Shown piece after piece: positions 9,922 through 17,772 of a stretch of 41,811 bases of DNA. The stretch lies in contig JBNKNM010000006.1 of NCBI GenBank assembly GCA_050293845.1, forward strand, positions 28,563 to 70,373, written 5' to 3'. The position numbers were made by a program, and so were the translations under genes. The notes under the pieces are model-generated. The model had not been told where the DNA came from, did not search any database, and saw only the letters and a program-made list of their open reading frames with translations. The DNA comes from Pseudobacteriovorax sp. Its GTDB lineage: Bacteria > Bdellovibrionota_B > Oligoflexia > Oligoflexales > Oligoflexaceae. The stretch's first letter is position 1. Each line of letters opens with the position of its first letter.

Positions 9922-10806
9922 ATGAGCAGCACTAAGGGAATCATTCTAGCCGGTGGTTCAGGCACCAGGCTACATCCCCTCACAATCTCCACCAGCAAGC
10001 AACTGCTACCCGTATATGACAAACCCATGATTTACTATCCTTTATCAGTGCTTATGCTGGCTGGTATAAGAGATATCCTAGTTATAACAACTCCCGATGA
10101 TGCTGAGAGTTTCCGGCGCTTGTTAGGAGATGGATCGCAGTGGGGATTGAATTTCACCTATGCCGAACAGCCCATGCCAGAAGGTCTAGCCCAAGCTTTT
10201 ATCATAGGTGAATCATTTATTGGGAATAATAATTGTTGCCTGATACTGGGTGATAATATTTACTTTGGCCATGATATCACGAAATTTCTACAAAAAGCTG
10301 TTGAAAGGCAAAAAGGCGCTACAGTTTTCGGTTATTATGTAAAAGACCCTGAAAGATACGGAGTTGCTGAATTTAACGAGAAGGGTCAAGTCGTATCCCT
10401 TGAAGAAAAACCTCAGCATCCCAAATCCAGCTATGCCGTCACGGGACTCTATTTCTATGACAACGAGGTTGTTTCCATGGCAAAAAGCCTGAAACCTTCC
10501 CATCGTGGCGAATTGGAAATAACCGATATAAACAAGATCTATCTAGCTAAAAACATGCTCCATGTTGAACTTTTAGGCCGCGGTACCGCCTGGCTTGATA
10601 CAGGTACCCACGAGTCACTTCTTGATGCCCATAATTTTGCTGCAGCTATTGAAAAGCGGCAGGGGTTGAAAATAGCCTGCCCCGAAGAGATCGCCTGGCG
10701 CCTAGGATTTATCACTACTGAGCAGCTCGATCGTCAAGCCGACAAACTGCTAAAAAGCGGGTATGGCAGCTACTTAAAGGAACTAATACTTCGTGAAGCC
10801 CATTAA
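9922..10806 (+). CDS. rfbA: Glucose-1-phosphate thymidylyltransferase (RmlA)
   Basis: [66 protein letters not shown]. Confidence 0.97.
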   Translation: MSSTKGIILAGGSGTRLHPLTISTSKQLLPVYDKPMIYYPLSVLMLAGIRDILVITTPDDAESFRRLLGDGSQWGLNFTYAEQPMPEGLAQAFIIGESFIGNNNCCLILGDNIYFGHDITKFLQKAVERQKGATVFGYYVKDPERYGVAEFNEKGQVVSLEEKPQHPKSSYAVTGLYFYDNEVVSMAKSLKPSHRGELEITDINKIYLAKNMLHVELLGRGTAWLDTGTHESLLDAHNFAAAIEKRQGLKIACPEEIAWRLGFITTEQLDRQADKLLKSGYGSYLKELILREAH

Positions 10807-10913
10807 TTTAATTACACGCTCCTTTTTGGAGTTTAACAATGAAAAATCGATTCCAAGCCCCTGTTAAGCATCCTAAAGTAGAACCTCTTATGAGCCAGGA
10901 GCGTATTTAGCCT

Positions 10914-11507
10914 ATGGATACTGCACAAGAACTAAACCGCCAAGAGCAGCCTCAAACTAGAGCTGATTTTTCTCCCCAAAGCGACGATGCAACAACTTCA
11001 CCCAACCGGGTGATACTCTACATCACGCGTCCTGAGGAAACTAAAAACTGCAACTTTTGGATAGGCTTGTTCAAAAAGGGTAGCATTCATCCCAGTGCTT
11101 TGTATGATTTTAAGAGTATTGAAGAAGTATATTATAGAGCTGTCACTGAAGGTCTAGATGATGCAGAGCCGTTATTAATCTCGAATACAGAAAAATTTCC
11201 TCCCGAGCATTTTTACTTCATTCCCCATGAAACCTTTATTCACTCTCCCGAGCGATTAATCGCCCAAATACTCGACACGCTCTCAGCAATGAACCCCATC
11301 CGTGCCGGGCTTTACTTTTCTCCAGACCTCATCAATAAGGCTGAATGCTTAAACCTTTTGAAGCAAGTATTGATCTCCTGTAAGAATGCTCCCACTAGAG
11401 AATTCTACTTGTTTGCAGGTAAACACGGCATTAATTCGGTCCTAAATACTGCCATTGATGTGAAGCATGAACTTCTGAATCAAATAGAAGTTTTGGTATT
11501 TCACTGA
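10914..11507 (+). CDS. Hypothetical protein (possibly a Peptidase_M17 N-terminal-like alpha/beta domain)
   Basis: 197-aa ORF with AGGAG upstream. The family guess rests only on the EPLLISNTEKFP pattern. Confidence 0.6.
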   Translation: MDTAQELNRQEQPQTRADFSPQSDDATTSPNRVILYITRPEETKNCNFWIGLFKKGSIHPSALYDFKSIEEVYYRAVTEGLDDAEPLLISNTEKFPPEHFYFIPHETFIHSPERLIAQILDTLSAMNPIRAGLYFSPDLINKAECLNLLKQVLISCKNAPTREFYLFAGKHGINSVLNTAIDVKHELLNQIEVLVFH

Positions 11508-11936
11508 AATAACTTTATAAACACGTGAAATTAAATAGTCTTTTATTGCCACAACACAGATGATGCGATCATTTTTCGTATCAGGTAAGAATTCATTCGA
11601 ACGAATGCATTAGTGACAAAGGCAAGTCGAGTATTTTTGCCATGAACCCAGCCTAAAAGTAAGTGCAGCGATCCTCCCTTAATTATGCATCAACATGATC
11701 TGCTTATTTTTTACACAAAAAAGCAATGTAAGTAAACGCACAGCAAAAAACAGATATTTTCAGTTGCGCATATCTATAAAGAAATGAATGAGGGTCGGGT
11801 CAGAAGAATTAGTTTACCCAGCCAAAACCTAAGGGAATCACAATATACCGCCCGCCACTGCCTCGGCCATGAAGCACCGCCCACCGTTACTAAGGATTTA
11901 GCTCTGTTTCAGGTGAGTTACAGGGATCTAACGCAG

Positions 11937-11978
11937 TTATCCACAAAATATTTCAAGCTGTGGATAAATTGTGGATAA
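11937..11978. promoter_or_regulatory. Cluster of three perfect DnaA boxes
   Basis: TTATCCACA at 11937-11945; TGTGGATAA at 11959-11967 and 11970-11978. Confidence 0.8.
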
Positions 11979-12108
11979 ATTAACACTGTTAAAAGAAGCT
12001 GGATCGGACTGCGATGGAGTATCACAAAAAAACAGCAGACGAATCAGGGATAATGCTCAAAAATTAAGCAGGAAAGCAAAGAATAGGGTAGGGGAACTTG
12101 CATGAAAA

Positions 12109-12198
12109 TGGCGGAGAGAGAGGGATTCGAACCCTCGGACCAGTTGCCCAGTCGCATCCTTAGCAAGGATGTGCATTCGGCCACTCTGCCATCTCTCC
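12109..12198 (-). tRNA. tRNA-Ser(GCT)
   Basis: GGAGAGA acceptor, anticodon arm CATCC-TT-GCT-AA-GGATG, long variable arm, GGTTCGAATCC, 3' GCCA. Confidence 0.98.
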
Positions 12199-12215
12199 AA
12201 AATAGTACTCTTTAC

Positions 12216-12303
<88 letters not shown>

Positions 12304-12347
12304 ACTATATCCTGTTGAGGATCATGAACTACATCCTTCCAACCTTC

Positions 12348-12462
12348 ACCAAGAACCTTCTGGCTATCAGATTTGTATGGACGAAGTTTCGTGCTTCAAC
12401 ACCTAGGTCCCCCTAGACTCCACACCTAGGCCAGTTCCTGACCCGCAGCCTCTTGGCGGCTG
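12348..12462 (-). ncRNA. Candidate structured RNA of unknown family upstream of the tRNA-Ser pair
   Basis: Hand folding gives nested helices (GTCAGGAAC/GTTCTTGGT, TGGC/GCCA, GTGTGGA/TCCATAC), a TCTAGG-GGGA-CCTAGG hairpin with a GNRA loop, and a CAGCC/GGCTG hairpin. The G-U pairs work only on the minus strand. Confidence 0.35.
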
Positions 12463-12758
12463 TACCATTCTCAAAATATGCAAACCTTACGGCTTCCAAA
12501 GGACATGCTGATAATACTTTCAGCTTTCCAGCACTGCTAGGATCGCTCAAATCAAATAATTCTTCAAATCAATTATTTATCTTCTACGAATGCTAGCCCT
12601 CACTACCAGTCAAGCTTCCAGTTATAGCACTAGCCTGCGATTTGGTAGAGGAAGTTTTTATATCACCAATGTAAGATGATGCAACGACTTTTTTCTATTT
12701 AGATCAAAAAAACTATCAGAACCAATATTTTGGTAAAACCCAGCGGGTACCCGTTAAC

Positions 12759-13670
12759 TTAGGCGCGCATCGAGCGTAATCTCTGAATCCGCAGCTCCAG
12801 AGGAGGGTGGGTACTGAGAAGCGCCATCAATTTCGAACCCTTGCTGGAGATTTTTAATGCCGCAATTTCAGGATGCTGATTGTTGTTTAAATCAACGCCG
12901 GTACGAAGCTTTTGCAAGGCCGCTTCCATCTTGCCACGTCCTGCTAACCGTGCACCGCCAGCATCGGCACGAAATTCTCGTTGTCTTGAAAACCAAGCGA
13001 CAACGACTGAACCTAGAATTCCGAAAAGGATTTCAAACAAGAATACCACCATCATATGGGCAAACCACCCAAGGCCTTCCCCCTCTTCATCATCACCGCG
13101 AAATACTTGACTTACTGCAAAGGCAGCAATACGGGCAAAGAACATCACAAAAGCGTTAATGACTCCTTGAATTAAAGTCATGGTTACCATATCACCATTA
13201 GCAATATGAGCGACCTCGTGGCCCAACACACCTTCCACTTCTTCCCGGGTCATATGGCGTAACAGCCCTTCAGAAACGGCTACTAAAGAATTATTTTTAC
13301 TCGACCCCGTGGCAAAAGCATTGAGTTCCTGCCCGGGATAGATCCCAACTTCAGGCATTTTACCAAGTCCAGCTCCTTTAGCTAACCGATGAACCGTACG
13401 CACCAGCTCACCGTACTCTCCACCAGCATGAGCATCAATAATCTGAACCCTCATACTCCACTTGACTATTGATTTCGACAAGAGCAGAGAAATAAACGCT
13501 CCACCCATGCCCCAAACCAAGCACAGTACCATTAAGCTTTCGTAATTGATGCGGCCTCCGGAGAGGTAATAAGGGTCGATCCCTAAAATCCGAAAGATAA
13601 TGCTCGACACGATCGAAATCGTAACTATCACCGCGATATTTACAAGCGCGAATACAGCCCATCGCCTCAT
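12759..13670 (-). CDS. htpX: Membrane zinc metalloprotease HtpX (M48)
   Basis: GMGGAFISLLLSK, MPEVGIY, NAFATG, GVLGHEVAHIANGDMVTMTL (HExxH), FSRQREFRADAG, STHPPL. Confidence 0.97.
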   Translation of the reverse strand: MRRWAVFALVNIAVIVTISIVSSIIFRILGIDPYYLSGGRINYESLMVLCLVWGMGGAFISLLLSKSIVKWSMRVQIIDAHAGGEYGELVRTVHRLAKGAGLGKMPEVGIYPGQELNAFATGSSKNNSLVAVSEGLLRHMTREEVEGVLGHEVAHIANGDMVTMTLIQGVINAFVMFFARIAAFAVSQVFRGDDEEGEGLGWFAHMMVVFLFEILFGILGSVVVAWFSRQREFRADAGGARLAGRGKMEAALQKLRTGVDLNNNQHPEIAALKISSKGSKLMALLSTHPPLELRIQRLRSMRA

Positions 13671-13731
13671 GTTAAATAACTCCCATTATTAATTTTGACG
13701 AACTATAAGCGCCTACTAGACGCGCTAAGTC

Positions 13732-13759
13732 AATCTATATCCGCTTATCACTTTGTCAA
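13732..13759 (-). promoter_or_regulatory. Putative sigma70 promoter of htpX
   Basis: TTGACA-N16-TAGATT on the minus strand; GGGAG RBS at 13680-13684. Confidence 0.5.
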
Positions 13760-13792
13760 ATCAACTATGAAAAAAATGTAAGTGTAATGCAA

Positions 13793-14347
13793 CTATTGCA
13801 ACTTATTGCTGCGGCTAGATGCCACTGCTTCACCGGGTATGATCGGTTTGGGTAAGTTCATAGAAATAGCCAGATTTTGAATGATTCTCGCCACCTCTTT
13901 ATTACCGCTATCTGCGGGAAGCCAAGCCGCTTGCAGTTTATTCTCACCAATGCTTTTCCAAGTTTCTATACTATTATGGACAGTTACGTCTACAATATTA
14001 AAGGACCTTTTCTTAAGTCTTAGGGATACTTTATTGCGGTATACTTTATCAGCAAGATAAAAAGTATCCCATTCAGTGGTGATGATTCCGGAACGGCGAT
14101 CAACGATTGTAAGATTATAATTCTCCAGCAAAATATCTAGGGTATTGTTCCATACATTAGCAAATGGTTGATAAAACCTGAATGTATTGGAGTCTAAGGG
14201 AATAATATGCTGCTGATTATGAACACTAGTCTGCTTTTTGTCATGACTCTTTCGCGATCCATACTTATCGATATAGCTTGTTGAACACCCTCCCAAGAGA
14301 CTGACAATCAAGAAAAAAAATAAAAGTTGCTTGGACCCTGCAATCAT
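13793..14347 (-). CDS. Lipoprotein, BamC/NlpB-like domain
   Basis: Lipobox LGGC after a hydrophobic stretch. The VW...L..L.....L...DRRSGIITTEW segment resembles the BamC helix-grip domain. Confidence 0.6.
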   Translation of the reverse strand: MIAGSKQLLFFFLIVSLLGGCSTSYIDKYGSRKSHDKKQTSVHNQQHIIPLDSNTFRFYQPFANVWNNTLDILLENYNLTIVDRRSGIITTEWDTFYLADKVYRNKVSLRLKKRSFNIVDVTVHNSIETWKSIGENKLQAAWLPADSGNKEVARIIQNLAISMNLPKPIIPGEAVASSRSNKLQ

Positions 14348-14481
14348 GAAACCTCCTCAATATATTAAGGGAGAACAAAACCTATGGTAGTGCATGACGC
14401 TTGAAGCAATTTGGCAATTTACGTTTGTACTGTTCCTCGCCTTTATAACCAAGCTATTGTCTCATAGCTTTTGCTTCCCTT

Positions 14482-14506
14482 AAAAAGGGGCTCCCCCGGG
14501 AGCCTT
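14482..14506 (-). terminator. Intrinsic terminator downstream of mdh
   Basis: GGCTCC-CGGG-GGAGCC stem followed by CCTTTTT on the minus strand, immediately after the mdh stop. Confidence 0.6.
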
Positions 14507-14511
14507 GTCCA

Positions 14512-15498
14512 TTATCCTAGTAAGTCTTTGACCACATCACGCTCTGCTAGTAGCTCATCACGAGTAGCTGCTATTTTAGCTTTCATAAAGTCAGTGAGCT
14601 CTACGTCCTGTTTTATTTCGTAGGAACCATCACCATTCGACCGAATAGGCATAGAAAACATCAAGCCTTTGGGTACATCATAACACGTTCCATCACTGGG
14701 AACAGCAGCAGAGAACCATTTGCCTGCAGGTGTTTTCTCAGTAAATCTTTTTACATGATCGATACAGGCTGATGCCGCTGATGCCGCTGATGACTTGCCC
14801 CTAGCAGCAATAATCGATGCTCCCCTTTTTTGCACAGTTGTAAAGAAATCTCCCTCCAACCAAGTCCTGTCGGTGATCACATCTTGAAGGGGTTTTCCTG
14901 AAATAGTGGCAGCCTCAAAGTTGGGTACCATGGTAGAGGAATGATTACCCCAAATAATAAGATTGCCAACCGCAGCAACGCCAACAGTCGCTTTTTTCGC
15001 CAATTGAGCTTTTGCACGATTTTCATCAAGCATAGTCATGGCTGAAAACCGTGTTGCTGGTACTTCACGACAGTTATGCTGTGCAATCAAAGCATTAGTA
15101 TTGCAGGGATTCCCTACAACGACGCAGCGTACATCGCTAGCGGCTTTTGCTAAAGCCTTACCCTGCGCTACAAAAATGGGACCGTTTTCCTTGATCAGAT
15201 CATTCCTCTCCATACCAGGGCCACGAGGCTTCGAGCCAACCAGAAGTGCCCAATTAATTCCATCGAATCCCGCTTCAGGACTGTCATAAATGTCAACCCC
15301 GGATAAAGTAGGGAAGGCGCAGTCATCCAGCTCCATAGCGGTTCCTTCAGCAGCCTTAACTCCTTGCGGCAGTTCTACTAAATTAATATGAACAGGAGTG
15401 TCTGAACCAAACAGCTCTCCTGCAGCTATACGAAATAGAAGGGAATATCCAATTTGTCCAGCAGCTCCTGTAACAGCCACACGAATAGGTTTTGTCAT
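14512..15498 (-). CDS. mdh: Malate dehydrogenase (cytosolic-like MDH type 2)
   Basis: VAVTGAAGQIGYSLL, MELDDCAFP, PRGPGMERNDL, VVGNPCNTN, IWGNHSST, RG.SSAASAA. Confidence 0.97.
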   Translation of the reverse strand: MTKPIRVAVTGAAGQIGYSLLFRIAAGELFGSDTPVHINLVELPQGVKAAEGTAMELDDCAFPTLSGVDIYDSPEAGFDGINWALLVGSKPRGPGMERNDLIKENGPIFVAQGKALAKAASDVRCVVVGNPCNTNALIAQHNCREVPATRFSAMTMLDENRAKAQLAKKATVGVAAVGNLIIWGNHSSTMVPNFEAATISGKPLQDVITDRTWLEGDFFTTVQKRGASIIAARGKSSAASAASACIDHVKRFTEKTPAGKWFSAAVPSDGTCYDVPKGLMFSMPIRSNGDGSYEIKQDVELTDFMKAKIAATRDELLAERDVVKDLLG

Positions 15499-15567
15499 AA
15501 TGACTTACTCCTTTACCGATATTCAAAACGCATCCTATGTTTACCTTTTTATGGACATGAGGCAATC

Positions 15568-16290
15568 TTATTCGTTTCCCTGGTTATTCGTAATCAATTC
15601 AAGCCTCGGTCGCGTCCTTTGGGTGCGTCGGCTGTTCAGGGTCCAATAATCGGTTGCCGGATTATATCCTGGCAGCTCAGACCAGTGAACACTGCGATTA
15701 TTGTGGATGAAATGCAAAATATCCACAGAGCGCCGTGAGCGCAGCTCTGCCCGACAGCTGGGGCAAGCAAAGACATGCATTTTTTTCCCCTGGAATTTTA
15801 TAGCAATTTTTTTAAAAGACTTTAGGGAGAAGGGGCGTGAACAAAAGTAGCATCCGGTGACGGGGGCTTTACTATTTTCTACGGCAGCGCATAATTTTTG
15901 TAAATCTTTGCGATGGGCAAATTCGCTAAGGAATTTTTCCCGACACTTTTTGATACGATTCTCCAAATTTAAAATCATAGGCTCCATGCTCCGGACTAAC
16001 TCCCCTTTATCACTGAGCGGAGGAATTTTGTTCAGCGCCACAAGCAAGGATTCCAACATCTTTAGAGTATCTTCATAGTAATAGAAGCTACTGTCCGCTT
16101 TTATGTGCTGGACCAAATTACCCAGCTGATTAACCTGCACGGTCATTGTCTCTATTTTCGCGATATATTGGATATATAGTCGTCTATAGTTTACTACTTC
16201 CACATAAGTACGCTGTCGTTTCAACAGTCGGTATGATAGGCCGAGAAACCCAAGACATACTATAATGATAGCTATATCTAAGCCTGCCAC
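15568..16290 (-). CDS. Hypothetical membrane-anchored protein with a helical region and C-terminal CxxC...CxxC zinc-finger
   Basis: GTG start with GAGGGG RBS, N-terminal TM, CYFC and CPSC pairs. Confidence 0.7.
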   Translation of the reverse strand: MAGLDIAIIIVCLGFLGLSYRLLKRQRTYVEVVNYRRLYIQYIAKIETMTVQVNQLGNLVQHIKADSSFYYYEDTLKMLESLLVALNKIPPLSDKGELVRSMEPMILNLENRIKKCREKFLSEFAHRKDLQKLCAAVENSKAPVTGCYFCSRPFSLKSFKKIAIKFQGKKMHVFACPSCRAELRSRRSVDILHFIHNNRSVHWSELPGYNPATDYWTLNSRRTQRTRPRLELITNNQGNE

Positions 16291-16531
16291 AATCCCCTCA
16301 CTTTTTTTTGCTCCACTACCTAATTTTCAGAACGAGAAAAGTTAACTTGCAATATTTATTAAGTTTTTTAGTGCCCTGAGGCCTAAAATTGAGGTTAATC
16401 GTAAAAAAAGACTATTCCAATAGCGATCTTTACCAATAAAAAATCGACTCAGCTTGACCGAGACCATAAGACTGAATTATAAGAGTGACAGTCAAGATCG
16501 TTTTTTTGACGGATTTTCCGGCATGGCCATA

Positions 16532-17521
16532 ATGTCACATCAACATACTAAAATCAAGTTTACCTCCACTGAAGATGGTATCCACTTGGATGGTTCTATT
16601 CTTTGGTTAGATTCGCAATATACACGAGATCTCTCATTCCTTTCAAACGCCCACATGAATCAGGGGCGGTTCAATTCCCGCGTCGTTGCCACGGAAGAAA
16701 CGTTAAAAATATTAGAGATATATCGGAAAAAACCCCAAGCTTTAATATGTCAATACAATCATCCTTTTGCCATAGGTCCCCTAGGAATGGAGCTGCTGCC
16801 TTCAGGGGTGGGGCTAGGAGGAGCTTCGCTGTGGGTCATAACTAAGGATAAAAACATTTTCTATGCGCCTTACTTGCAAGCTCATAGAACTGAGGTTGCA
16901 CGACAAATGCAAATTCGCCCCGCTGACGTCATGGTCATCTCTGCAAAAAAACCATATAGTAGTCAATCGTCTCATCAACGCAAAAATGAAAAAGAAGCCA
17001 TTCTAACCAAGATATTATCCCTCATCCAGTTGAATCAAAGACCAATTGTCCTTTGTGAAGCCTTTCCCACTGCTCAAGAACTTACAAAGTTGTTCTCGGA
17101 AGAAGGGATCACTCCCGATGTTTTTCCAACGATACATAGAATTAATAAAATCTATGAAGACTATGGACTCCCCCTCGGAAAGTTTAATCAGCTATCGTCT
17201 CATTCAAAGGGGGAAGTGATCATCCTTCCCATTTCCAAATATCAATGGAACACAAAGAAGCCTCTGCCGCAAGGACCCGTGATCAATGTATTCGATGCAA
17301 CCCACCACCAACAGATTGATAGTATTTTCCGCAAACCAGTCGCTAATTTTTTACTCCCAAGCTCTTGTGAAGGAGTAGAATTAAAGGAAATTATCTCTGA
17401 GGTAAGCCCCCAAGTACTCTATATTTTTGGCCCCTACGCCAAAGATTACGCCAAGCACTTAAAACACACCGCTCCCACAGTAACCCCCTTGTTTCCCAGC
17501 CATCTACCTTCACTTTTCTGA
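16532..17521 (+). CDS. MBL-fold/beta-CASP (ligase-associated exonuclease-like) protein with degenerate metal-binding motifs
   Basis: DGIHL..S.LWLD, FLSNAH, VVATEET, ELLPSG..LGGA and C-terminal L...ISEVSP..LYIFG follow the beta-CASP scaffold. Start set at ATG 16532 (16523 is also possible). Confidence 0.65.
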   Translation: MSHQHTKIKFTSTEDGIHLDGSILWLDSQYTRDLSFLSNAHMNQGRFNSRVVATEETLKILEIYRKKPQALICQYNHPFAIGPLGMELLPSGVGLGGASLWVITKDKNIFYAPYLQAHRTEVARQMQIRPADVMVISAKKPYSSQSSHQRKNEKEAILTKILSLIQLNQRPIVLCEAFPTAQELTKLFSEEGITPDVFPTIHRINKIYEDYGLPLGKFNQLSSHSKGEVIILPISKYQWNTKKPLPQGPVINVFDATHHQQIDSIFRKPVANFLLPSSCEGVELKEIISEVSPQVLYIFGPYAKDYAKHLKHTAPTVTPLFPSHLPSLF

Positions 17522-17658
17522 TCGGAAAAAAAGAATTTTTTAACTGTTATTGTGGTTTTTTTATATCAAATATTAGTTATTTCCGAACAAGCCCAATACC
17601 ACTCGATTGCATCTAGACACTTACTAAACGCCTGGCTATGTAAAGAGTCATCATCACC

Positions 17659-17716
17659 GGAACCAAGAGGTTCCAGAGCCTGCCCCAGTCCTCGGATGGG
17701 GTAGGCTCACCATTTT
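17659..17716 (+). ncRNA. Tandem hairpins (candidate sRNA 3' end or terminator)
   Basis: GGAACC-AAGA-GGTTCC followed by the 12-bp stem GAGCCTGCCCCA/TGGGGTAGGCTC, then ACCATTTT. Confidence 0.35.
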
Positions 17717-17772
17717 CCAACAAATGTCTAAACTATTGCCAGTTTAAGTCTTATATTTTCAGATAGTTATCA

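Noticed and set aside
11763..11790. dif site (GTTGCGCATA resembles a XerC arm; ftsK is nearby)
   Set aside because: The XerD arm TTATGTTAAAT is absent.
11784..11978. 64-aa ORF across the DnaA boxes
   Set aside because: No RBS or recognisable protein features, and it overlaps regulatory sites; likely spurious.
12364..12391. Hammerhead ribozyme-like core (CGAAAC-TTC-GTC ... CTGATAG) on the minus strand
   Set aside because: CTGATAG breaks the CUGANGA consensus, and stems I and II cannot be formed.
12428..12460. SAM-I riboswitch-like words (AAGAG ... AGGAACTGGCCT)
   Set aside because: No 5' AUC, no GCAACC, no closing GAU, and the downstream genes are tRNAs.
13706..13728. CIRCE/HrcA operator upstream of htpX (TTAGCGC-N9-GCGCTTA)
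   Set aside because: It is four bases shorter than TTAGCACTC-N9-GAGTGCTAA, with only a 5-bp perfect IR.
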